A stretch of 46,365 nt of DNA from an uncultured Thermodesulfobacteriota bacterium (GTDB taxonomy: Bacteria > Desulfobacterota > DSWW01), in the NCBI GenBank assembly GCA_964439795.1, contig CAYTRL010000001.1, positions 1-46,365 of the forward strand. The letters run 5' to 3'. Positions within the stretch are counted from its first letter, which is position 1; each line of letters starts with the position of its first letter. Both the position numbers and the translations under genes were made by a program. The notes beneath the pieces were generated by a model, which did not search any database, was not told the origin of the DNA, and was given only the letters and a program-made list of their open reading frames with translations. Positions 25,677 through 33,778 of this stretch are shown here, piece after piece.

Positions 25677-27553
25677 AGCGCAACAAACGGAACATCGAAC
25701 CGGAAGTTCGGACTGTTTTCCCGGAAACGGCCCTGAAGAAGATCAAGCCCGGCATGAGCATCTTCGTGGGGACCGGCGTAGCGGAGCCGCGGACCCTGGT
25801 CAAGCACCTGCTGACCGCGGAGGCAGGCAACCTGCAGGACCTGGAGCTGATCCAGATCGTGAGCCTGGGCGATGCCATCAACATGGAGGACTCACTGCAC
25901 CGGCGGTACCGGCTCAAGACCTTCTTCTCCGGATGGGTGGCCAGCGAGGCCATCACGGCCGGCCGCGTGGACCTGATCCCGAGCCGCTTTTCCGGGATTC
26001 CCCGCATGATCGAGTCGGGACGGATGTCCATCGACGCCGCTTTCGTCCAGGTGACGCCCCCCAACGAGGCGGGCTACTGCAGCCTGGGCAGCGCGGTGGA
26101 CGCCGCCAGGCAGGCCATGGAGAGGGCCTCCCTGGTCGTGGGCGAGATCAACCATCAGGCGCCCCGCACCTTTGGCGACACCTACGTGCCGGTGTCGGAC
26201 TTTGATTTCCTCGTGGAGTCCTCGGATCCGCCCATCTACTTTGACCGGTGGCATGTGGATGACGTGTTCGACCAGGTGGCGGCCAACACGGCGTCGGTGA
26301 TCGACGACCGGAGCTGCATCGGGTTTTCCATCGGGCCCCTGTTCGAGGCCCTGTCCCGGCACCTGGTGAACAAGCGAGACCTGGGTATCCACTCGCCGTT
26401 CATCACCGACGCCCTCATGGACCTGATCAAGAGCGGGGCGGTGAGCAACCGCTACAAGGAGAACTTCCGGGGCAAGTCGCTGGCTTCCTATGCCTTCGGC
26501 TCCCAGGACCTGATGCAGTGGCTGGACCGGAACCCCATGGTGGAGTTCCAGGGGATCGACAAGGTATTCAGTCCCACCCTGATCGGCCACAACCCCCGGT
26601 TCGTGGCGATCTTCCCGGCGCGGAAGGTGGATCTGTCCGGGCGGATCGCGCTTCATTTCGGAAAGGGCAACGTGGCGGCCGGGCCCGGGGAGGTCATGGA
26701 CTTTTTCAACGGGGCCGAACTGTCCGCGGCGGGACGGACCCTGTTCGCCCTTCCCAGCCGCAACCGGCAGGGGGAGGCCAACATCCGGGTCTCCGTGGCG
26801 GAGTTTCCCAACCTGTTCGGCCTCCGGGAATCCGTGGACATGATCATCACGGAGTACGGGGTGGCCCACCTGTACGGCCGCACCGTGCGGGAGCGGGCGC
26901 AGGCCCTGATCGACGTGGCCCACCCGGAAGACCGGCCAGGTCTCGTGGAAGAGGCCAAGCAGAGCCGGATTCTTTACAAGGACCAGATCTACCTGCCGGA
27001 GTCCGCCCACCTCTATCCCGTGGAGGTGGCCACCAGGGAGACGTTCAAGAACGGGGTGGAGGTGAGCTTCCGGGCGATCAAGCCCTCGGACGAGGAGGAG
27101 ATGCGCCACCTGTTCTACCGTTTTTCCGACGAGGCGGTCTACTACCGCTATTTCAGCCCGGTGAAGACCATGCCCCACTCCAAGATGCAGGGCTACGTAA
27201 ACGTGGACTACAGCAAGGTGATGTCCATCGTGGGCCTGGTGGGGGAGCACGGCAAGGGGCGGATCATCGCGGAGGCCCGGTTCGTTCGGGACCCGCACCG
27301 GCCGCACGCGGACATCGCCTTCGTGGTGGACGAGGAGTACCAGGGGCTGGGGGTCGCTACCTTTCTCTACCGCAGGCTGGTGCAGCTGGCCACGGAGCGG
27401 GGCGTGGAGGTGCTCACCGCCGATGTGCTGGCCACCAACAAGGCCATGATGAAGGTGCTGGAAAAGGGAGGATTTCCCATCCAGGCCAAGCTGGAACAGG
27501 GCGTCTATGAGCTGACCATTCCCTTGAATCAACGCCCGGAGCCGGGCCTCTGA
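25673..27553 (+). CDS. Acetyl-CoA hydrolase/transferase-family domain fused to a C-terminal GNAT acetyltransferase
   Basis: MKRNKRN start overlaps the queC stop (ATGA). N-terminus [20 protein letters not shown]...[20 protein letters not shown] core [24 protein letters not shown]. Confidence 0.8.
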   Translation: MKRNKRNIEPEVRTVFPETALKKIKPGMSIFVGTGVAEPRTLVKHLLTAEAGNLQDLELIQIVSLGDAINMEDSLHRRYRLKTFFSGWVASEAITAGRVDLIPSRFSGIPRMIESGRMSIDAAFVQVTPPNEAGYCSLGSAVDAARQAMERASLVVGEINHQAPRTFGDTYVPVSDFDFLVESSDPPIYFDRWHVDDVFDQVAANTASVIDDRSCIGFSIGPLFEALSRHLVNKRDLGIHSPFITDALMDLIKSGAVSNRYKENFRGKSLASYAFGSQDLMQWLDRNPMVEFQGIDKVFSPTLIGHNPRFVAIFPARKVDLSGRIALHFGKGNVAAGPGEVMDFFNGAELSAAGRTLFALPSRNRQGEANIRVSVAEFPNLFGLRESVDMIITEYGVAHLYGRTVRERAQALIDVAHPEDRPGLVEEAKQSRILYKDQIYLPESAHLYPVEVATRETFKNGVEVSFRAIKPSDEEEMRHLFYRFSDEAVYYRYFSPVKTMPHSKMQGYVNVDYSKVMSIVGLVGEHGKGRIIAEARFVRDPHRPHADIAFVVDEEYQGLGVATFLYRRLVQLATERGVEVLTADVLATNKAMMKVLEKGGFPIQAKLEQGVYELTIPLNQRPEPGL

Positions 27554-27614
27554 ACCGAATGCTCGTTGGATCGAATCCCGCTGGATCAACGCCCGGAACA
27601 GGGCCTCTGAGCCG
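27528..27614. repeat. 30-nt direct duplication of the gene 3' end (27528-27557 and 27585-27614)
   Basis: atcaacgcccggagccgggcctctgaaccg versus atcaacgcccggaacagggcctctgagccg (27/30). Copy 1 contains the stop codon at 27551-27553. Confidence 0.7.
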
Positions 27615-27635
27615 CACGCGCGGCGGGGCGGCCGG

Positions 27636-28334
27636 TCAGAGCCAGGAAGCGTCCCGGATCTCCGGAGCCGCCTCGCACACCTTCACCACCTCTTTGAGCT
27701 TGTCGAGGTACGCGTCCCCGCCCTTTGACTGGAAGAGGTGCACCGCCTGCATGCAAGTCCATATGTTCCGGCCCAGGTCGATCACCTTCCTCATGGGCCG
27801 GGGGACGTTCTCCCCCCGGTAGGGGCTGGGGCCCGACGCCTCCAGCTTCCGGGCCACCTTTTCCAGTTCCCCCGGGATCCGGGTCACGTGGTTCACCGTG
27901 GAAAAGGTGTAGGAGAGACCGGAGAGCATGGAGTTGTCGTTGCCGTTGAACTTGGTGCGGTGGTCGTTCTTGTAGATGACCAGGGGCTTGCCCGCGGCAA
28001 ATGCCACGGCGGTCTCCACCACCCCCCCCTCGTCGGGCACCCGGCCGTTCATGTTCAGCACCAGCCAGTCGCAGCCCTCCAGGATCTGAAAGATGTCCAG
28101 AGCGAAGATCGCCTTGCCCACGATCCTGTTCAGGCTCCGGAACGCCTTGTTCGTCAGGCGCGGGTCGTTCACCGCCTTCATGACAAACGGTTCCAGGCCG
28201 TCCCGGTGCGGGAGGAACGTGTCGTAGCCCGCCTCCTCCAGAACGTCGGCAATGGCGGTCATGCCCGCGATCTCCTCGGGGCAGAACAGCGGCCCGGAAC
28301 AATACACGCGTGTTCGTTTTTGCTTTTCCTTCAC
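27636..28334 (-). CDS. Nucleoside 2-deoxyribosyltransferase-family protein
   Basis: RVYCSGPLF...DWLVLNMNGRVPDEGGVVETAVAFAAGKPLVIY matches the YxAGPLF ... DxGTxxExGxAxAxGKP pattern. GTG start overlaps the upstream stop (GTGA), with GGGAGG 6 nt upstream. Confidence 0.75.
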   Translation of the reverse strand: MKEKQKRTRVYCSGPLFCPEEIAGMTAIADVLEEAGYDTFLPHRDGLEPFVMKAVNDPRLTNKAFRSLNRIVGKAIFALDIFQILEGCDWLVLNMNGRVPDEGGVVETAVAFAAGKPLVIYKNDHRTKFNGNDNSMLSGLSYTFSTVNHVTRIPGELEKVARKLEASGPSPYRGENVPRPMRKVIDLGRNIWTCMQAVHLFQSKGGDAYLDKLKEVVKVCEAAPEIRDASWL

Positions 28335-29788
28335 GGTGACCTCCCTGGGTCGAGGACCGCGGCCGCGGAGATCTCCAGGGGGCGGAAGATCATGTCCACG
28401 TACCGCTGTTCGTCACCCGGCTCGAAGTCCGGATCGATGGGAAAGATATAGGTGGTGAACTCGAGCGGCTTTCCATGCTCGATCTTGTGAAAGTCCTTCA
28501 CGCGGTAGCCCGTGGATGCGTAGGCCCTGAGCGGCGGGTCGTCCTTGGGTCGGAAGCCGTCCACCATGTTGTCCATGTAGTAGAGCCGGATGTCCAGCGT
28601 GCGGAACCCCTCCCCGAAGGTGAGGATGTTCATCCAGCCCCCGGGCGGTCCGTAGAGCAGGCTCCACTTGTAGAGGGCGGGGTCCATCGCCTGTTCCTGC
28701 GGGGACATCACGCCGTCCACCAGGCACGTGTCCTCCCGGTTCCGGGCGTTCATCCAGTGCATGCCCATGGTGTTACGGTTCAGGTCGGTGGTGAAGATCG
28801 ACCGGGACCGTTTGCCGTACTTCACCAGCATCTTCGGAACGGTCAGCGTTCCATTGAAATAGAAGAAGTCGGGGTAGTAGAAGCTATCCGTGTCCAGGGC
28901 CGCGCCGGACAGCCTCTTTACGATGAACTCCGGGAGTGGAATGCCGGCCAGCCGTACGTTGTTCCGTATTCTCCGGACGACCCGCACGGGTCCGTCGATC
29001 TGCCCCAGCCGTTTGGGGATGATGTTTTCCAGGGTGAAGTCGAAGTGCAGGATCCCCAAACGTATGTCCACGATGGAGTGGAAGGTCCTCATGATGTTCG
29101 GCCCCTCCTTTCCTTCGTACACGATGTGCCAGCCGCTCTGGGCCACCGGCTTGTCCGGATCGGTAAACGCGGCATGGTAATGGCTGGAAACCACGTGCAC
29201 CTCGGGCTTGCCGCCGTCGGCCTTCCGGACCCTGTAATCCACGAAATTCTCCGGGGAGAGGGCGGTGGGGGCTGAAAACGAAAGCAGGTAGGCCCAGGCC
29301 GAGGTTCCGTCCCGGGGGTCCAGTGCACGGATCTCCACGCCCCTGCCGGTTCCCGCCGGCCAGGTTCCGGCCGGTGCCCGGTCCCCCATGTGGCGTGCCA
29401 GCAGCACGAACTCGTCCCCGTGGCTGAACACGCCGAAGGAGGGTGCGTCCGAGTAGTTTCCTTCCTCGTCCCTCATCTTGCCCCGCAGGAGACCCTGCGT
29501 GAGGATGAGTTCCCCCAGCGGACCCCGCTCATCCACCTGAAACGGGATACCCAGGAAGCTTCCGTCCCGGTACGCCATCACCCGGAGGTCCCCCAGGGGC
29601 ATCCCGTCGAATACCCCCTGCAGTTCGCGGTTGTTCACGATGACCGGGTCCGGGAACCTCCGCTGGTGCTGGGGGTCCGGCGGGGGCGTGCTGTCCCCAT
29701 CGGACGAGCAGAAACCTTCGGTTCCCGCCAGAAACGCCAGGAGGATCGCCAGGAGCGCGGCCGATGCTTTTCTCATGGTTGCCAGCAT
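28331..29788 (-). CDS. Exported protein of unknown function (~485 aa)
   Basis: Long ORF with normal amino-acid composition and a signal peptide MLATMRKASAALLAILLAFLAG. I recognise no family motif. Start is uncertain among 29827, 29788 and 29776; 29788 has the best RBS spacing. Confidence 0.7.
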   Translation of the reverse strand: MLATMRKASAALLAILLAFLAGTEGFCSSDGDSTPPPDPQHQRRFPDPVIVNNRELQGVFDGMPLGDLRVMAYRDGSFLGIPFQVDERGPLGELILTQGLLRGKMRDEEGNYSDAPSFGVFSHGDEFVLLARHMGDRAPAGTWPAGTGRGVEIRALDPRDGTSAWAYLLSFSAPTALSPENFVDYRVRKADGGKPEVHVVSSHYHAAFTDPDKPVAQSGWHIVYEGKEGPNIMRTFHSIVDIRLGILHFDFTLENIIPKRLGQIDGPVRVVRRIRNNVRLAGIPLPEFIVKRLSGAALDTDSFYYPDFFYFNGTLTVPKMLVKYGKRSRSIFTTDLNRNTMGMHWMNARNREDTCLVDGVMSPQEQAMDPALYKWSLLYGPPGGWMNILTFGEGFRTLDIRLYYMDNMVDGFRPKDDPPLRAYASTGYRVKDFHKIEHGKPLEFTTYIFPIDPDFEPGDEQRYVDMIFRPLEISAAAVLDPGRSP

Positions 29789-29813
29789 GTTTCTTTTCTT
29801 CCGGCCATTCTCG

Positions 29814-30392
29814 TCAATCGACCCCATCCTCCGGGGGAGGGAACCGGTTCAGGAAGAAGTTGTCCTCCAGGGGCCTTCGTACCCGGGCCGACCGGGAAAC
29901 TGCCTGCTGCTTTTCGTTGAGCGTGGACAGGTCCCCGGGGGCACCCACGGCGATCAGGATCATCACCGTGAAATCCTCCGGGATCTGGAAGGATTTTCGG
30001 ATCAGGTCCGGCTGAAACCCGGCCATGGGACGGGCCACCAGGCCCAGTTCCGTGGCCTGGAGCAGGATGTTCTGCACCGCCATGCCCAGGTCGAACAGGT
30101 AATATTCCCTGCCGTCTCCCATGTGGCAGTCCAGGTCCTTCCTGGAGAAACCGATGATGAGAAGGGGGGCGGTCCGGGCCCAGTCGTTCCCCGGGGCAAG
30201 CGCCTCCCGTCCTTTTTCCAGTGCCTCCGGGTCATCCAGCACCAGGAAGCGCCACGGCTGGTGGTTCATGCAGGATGCGGAGAGCTGTGCGGCCTCCATG
30301 AGCGCCTTCTTGTGCGCTTGTTCCAGCGGTTCCGGGGAAATCGCCCGGAAGGCGGACCGTTTTTTCAACAGATCCAGAAATTGGGTTTCCAT
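29814..30392 (-). CDS. Nitroreductase-family protein
   Basis: LLKKRSAFRAISPEPL...AAQLSASCMNHQPWRFLVL. 192 aa. Confidence 0.8.
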   Translation of the reverse strand: METQFLDLLKKRSAFRAISPEPLEQAHKKALMEAAQLSASCMNHQPWRFLVLDDPEALEKGREALAPGNDWARTAPLLIIGFSRKDLDCHMGDGREYYLFDLGMAVQNILLQATELGLVARPMAGFQPDLIRKSFQIPEDFTVMILIAVGAPGDLSTLNEKQQAVSRSARVRRPLEDNFFLNRFPPPEDGVD

Positions 30393-30417
30393 GGAACGAG
30401 CCCTCCCTTTTGTAGTC

Positions 30418-30510
30418 GGGGTCAGGTCTTCATTCTACATTTTTCGTCTATCCGAACAAGTTCTCCAGCGCGGCACCCACGAGAAAAATGTAGAATGAAG
30501 ACCTGACCCC
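30418..30510 (-). repeat. 93-nt hairpin element, copy 1 (perfect 28-bp AT-rich stem, 37-nt loop)
   Basis: ggggtcaggtcttcattctacatttttc (30418-30445) is the exact reverse complement of gaaaaatgtagaatgaagacctgacccc (30483-30510). The element's reverse complement is about 90% identical to 39506-39598. It sits 6 nt downstream of the methyltransferase stop codon. Confidence 0.85.
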
Positions 30511-30516
30511 ACCGTT

Positions 30517-31203
30517 TCACTTCACCGATCGAGCGATGAAGAAGGTTCCCTGATTGTACCGTTCCACGGTCACGTTTCCGAACAGTCTTTCCATCTGTCC
30601 GGGGATGTCACGGAAAGGGTCCCATGCGGCATATTTTCGGTAGAGGATTTCCACCAGGGGGTTCAGGACGCGCAACGGCCCGTGGAACAGGGAGGCATCA
30701 CACACCGAGAGCACGCCCCCGGGGCGGAGGAGTTCCCTGCTGCGTTCAAGCGCCCGTTTCCATTCGGGGATGGCGCTCACCGCAAGTACGCTCAATACGC
30801 CGTCGAAGTCGGTCTCTCCGGTCTCCAGTCGAGCGGCGTCGCCCTGCACGAGCGTCACATTGTGCCATCCCTTTTTCCGGCACAGGGCCCCCGCCGCCGA
30901 CAGCACGTCCGTTGAATAGTCGAAGGCCACGATACGGCCCGCGGACCCCACGCGGTTTTCCAGGTGCACCAGGTTTCGGCCCGTGCCGCAGCCCATCTCC
31001 AGGATCCTGCCCCCGGCAGAGACGCCCAGGGCGTCCGCGGCCCGGCCCCGGATCAATCCCGGTCGGCCCAGAAAGGTCAGATAGTCCGAGGCCGCATACA
31101 GCAGGGGATGATGACCCCAGAATCGGTAGACCTTGAGGACGGTTTCAAGCTTTGCAGGCAGGGCTGTATCGGCTTTCCCGGACGGATTGAGATCCTTTTC
31201 CAT
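30517..31203 (-). CDS. Class I SAM-dependent methyltransferase
   Basis: Motif I ILEMGCGTGRNL, plus VAFDYS and LRPGGVLSV. Confidence 0.8.
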   Translation of the reverse strand: MEKDLNPSGKADTALPAKLETVLKVYRFWGHHPLLYAASDYLTFLGRPGLIRGRAADALGVSAGGRILEMGCGTGRNLVHLENRVGSAGRIVAFDYSTDVLSAAGALCRKKGWHNVTLVQGDAARLETGETDFDGVLSVLAVSAIPEWKRALERSRELLRPGGVLSVCDASLFHGPLRVLNPLVEILYRKYAAWDPFRDIPGQMERLFGNVTVERYNQGTFFIARSVK

Positions 31204-31280
31204 TCAGCCCCCCCATTCCCGTGTGCGAAGGTGTCGATCCATTGCGATTACCGGGTTTTCCCCTGGCGAATGGCACGGTT

Positions 31281-33599
31281 TCAGAGCAGGTCCCCGATCT
31301 CTTCGATCCGGTCCAGGGGGTGCACACACGTATCCAGGCACGAACCCGGCAAGGGCGGCAGGCCACGGACCAGGAGGTCCAGGGGGTGGCCCTCACCGAA
31401 CAGGTTGGCGATCATGTGGTTCAGGTTGCCCATGCAGAAGCAGTCGTCCTCCCGGATGGCCTGGAACTCTTCCCGCCTCCAGTAGTAGCAGTCGCTCGTG
31501 GTGTAGAGGTAGCCGTACTCATAACTGGTGGGGGTTTCCCGATGGCGGGCGATCCGCTCCGCCGGCCATCGGTAATCCCCCTCCTGCTCCGCGATGATCG
31601 CTTCCGCGGAGCGGCGGATGTCCAGGGCCTCCCGGAACACGGTCAACGCCCGTTCCTCCCCCTGGGGGTCCAGGCCCAGCCGGTGCTTTCGGCGGAGCAC
31701 CGTTCCCTCGTTCAGGCGGCGTACGTGCTGCACCCGGAGTGCGGTCACCTGGATGCCCCGCTTCACCTCCCGGTACCACCTGTGAACCCGTTCCGGAATG
31801 AGGGGCTCGACGGCCTCGACGCGTTCCGTGAACGCGTCGTACGTTTCCTCCAGGAGACGGAGCTTCTGAAAGTCGGTGGCCTCGAACGATGCAAGCTCTT
31901 CCGGGGTCATGGCACGGATCTCCTGGAACAGGACCCTGCGCGGCTGGAAGTTGATCCCCGCCAGAAGCTCCCCGAAGTCGTCGGCCGAGTCCCAGCCGAT
32001 CAGGTAGGCGATGAGGTTCTCCTCCAGGAGGTCCCGGCCCTGCTCTTCAACGAGGTCCACCAGCAGCCGGTGCATGGGATCGGCCCCCTGCCCGAAGATC
32101 CGTGTGAAGCGGCCGAGAACCTCCTGCCAGGGGGTCTCCGGCTCGTAAGCGAAGCCCAGCGTGGCCCAGTCGTTCAGCCAGTATCCCCACTCGAACCCGC
32201 TGGCGAAGAGCACCTGCCCGTCCATGCCGCTTCCGGCCAGGCGGTTCAGGTCGTTCCAGCGCGAGAAGACGTAGTGGGGCAGGTAGATGGGAATGTCCAC
32301 GTCAAAGCTCACCCAGTAAGCGGTTTCCGGGTAGTACAGCACGGTTCTCTCGCCGATTTCCCCGAGGAGGAACTCCCGCATGTCGTGGAAGTTCTCCTGC
32401 CCGTAGGTGGGGGCCTTGCGGTAGAGGTCGTAGAACTGCACCGAGTGCGGCATGACTCCCACGCGCGGGTCCGCGATGCCCGGGAGAAAGTTGAAGTTGA
32501 TGTCGCCGAAGTGCGGGGCCGTCTGGTCGGTGGTGCAGTGCACCTTGGTGATCAGGTCAACGCCGTAAACCGTGTCCAGGTGCTCCGCGGTAAAGTTGAG
32601 CATGTCCATGGTGCGTACGTCGTCCACCGGGATCGCCTCGGCGGCTCCCAGTTCCACGTTGATGACGTCAAAAGGGGCCTGGAGGATCCGGGCCAGGTTT
32701 TCCGTGATCTGGGGCTGAAACGGGGCGGTGGGGTCCGGCGCCAGGGCGTACGAATTCTGCTGGATGAACTCCAGGGGGGCATCGATCCCCACCCTCAGGC
32801 CCCGGGCGTGGGCGTAGTCGATGATCTGTGCGGCGTGCGGAACCCACGCCTCCATGGAGACGGTGTCCTGCAGCACCCACTGGAAATAGTTCTGCCGGTT
32901 GGCCACCAGCCAGTCCACGTAACGTTCCGCTTCCCGCAGGTGATCCGCCGAGGGGACGAGAAGGGAGTCCATGAGCTCCACCGGGTGCATGGTGTGCACC
33001 GAGGTGCCCCGCCAGGGGTACCCGGGGTTCCGGGTCTTGTCCAGGGTCGGAGGAAGGGAGAGAGCGTCCGGAACATAGGGGTCTTCCGGGTGGTAGAAGC
33101 CGAACCCCAACTGCTCCAGCAGGGCATAGACCGCGTACTGGTTGCCCAGGTCGTCCGGTCCGGCGCCGGCAAGGACCGACAAACCGTTACTCGTTCCCCG
33201 GCGAAGGATGTACCCGCCGGGTTCCAGTGTCGCGATCTCCGTTTCCGGGATCAGGGAAAGGCCCGGGTCGCCGGGATTCAGGGCCAGGACCAGGTCGCCG
33301 GGACCGGTCCCGGAGACGTCCGCGGCGGACAGCCGGATGACGGTAAGGCCGGGGACCCTCCGGAGCAGCGCCAGGCACTGGTCCAGGGCGATCCGCAGTC
33401 CGGTTTCCGGGGCTTCCGGTCCGACAACCGCGACCGAGGTGACGGGTTCACCGGGGCCGAGGTCCGTGAGCGCCGGGTCCGGGTCCGAGGAGCAGGCCGG
33501 GATCGAGAGGACGAGGAGGGCACCCATGGCAGCGGATCGGAGAAGGCCTCTTTTGCAGGGGCTGGAGAGTCGTGACGGTTGATCGGCTCGTATCTTCAT
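31281..33599 (-). CDS. Large lipoprotein of unknown function, possibly glycoside-hydrolase-like
   Basis: ATG 33599 (MKIRADQ) with AAGGAG upstream. Lipobox SIPAC. The segment NQYAVYALLEQLGFGFYHPED resembles N-terminal domains of GH20/GH67/DUF4838-type proteins. The functional call is weak. Confidence 0.6.
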   Translation of the reverse strand: MKIRADQPSRLSSPCKRGLLRSAAMGALLVLSIPACSSDPDPALTDLGPGEPVTSVAVVGPEAPETGLRIALDQCLALLRRVPGLTVIRLSAADVSGTGPGDLVLALNPGDPGLSLIPETEIATLEPGGYILRRGTSNGLSVLAGAGPDDLGNQYAVYALLEQLGFGFYHPEDPYVPDALSLPPTLDKTRNPGYPWRGTSVHTMHPVELMDSLLVPSADHLREAERYVDWLVANRQNYFQWVLQDTVSMEAWVPHAAQIIDYAHARGLRVGIDAPLEFIQQNSYALAPDPTAPFQPQITENLARILQAPFDVINVELGAAEAIPVDDVRTMDMLNFTAEHLDTVYGVDLITKVHCTTDQTAPHFGDINFNFLPGIADPRVGVMPHSVQFYDLYRKAPTYGQENFHDMREFLLGEIGERTVLYYPETAYWVSFDVDIPIYLPHYVFSRWNDLNRLAGSGMDGQVLFASGFEWGYWLNDWATLGFAYEPETPWQEVLGRFTRIFGQGADPMHRLLVDLVEEQGRDLLEENLIAYLIGWDSADDFGELLAGINFQPRRVLFQEIRAMTPEELASFEATDFQKLRLLEETYDAFTERVEAVEPLIPERVHRWYREVKRGIQVTALRVQHVRRLNEGTVLRRKHRLGLDPQGEERALTVFREALDIRRSAEAIIAEQEGDYRWPAERIARHRETPTSYEYGYLYTTSDCYYWRREEFQAIREDDCFCMGNLNHMIANLFGEGHPLDLLVRGLPPLPGSCLDTCVHPLDRIEEIGDLL

Positions 33600-33778
33600 G
33601 GATGCAGGCTCCTTGCAGGAAGAGAAAGAAAGACATCCTATTTTATCAGACAGTCCGAGTGGCTGTACACAGCATGCCGGGAACACTGTCACGCCTTTAT
33701 CCCGATGGATGAAAGATTTTCAGGAAAAACGTAGCATGGAGTACCCACATCGGAACCGGAAGGTGGAAAGGAGAGGAG

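Noticed and set aside
31221-33575. 784-aa ORF on the plus strand
   Set aside because: It is antisense to the 772-aa lipoprotein gene. That sense frame has a signal peptide, a lipobox and balanced composition, whereas this frame is rich in V/G/R/H/P.
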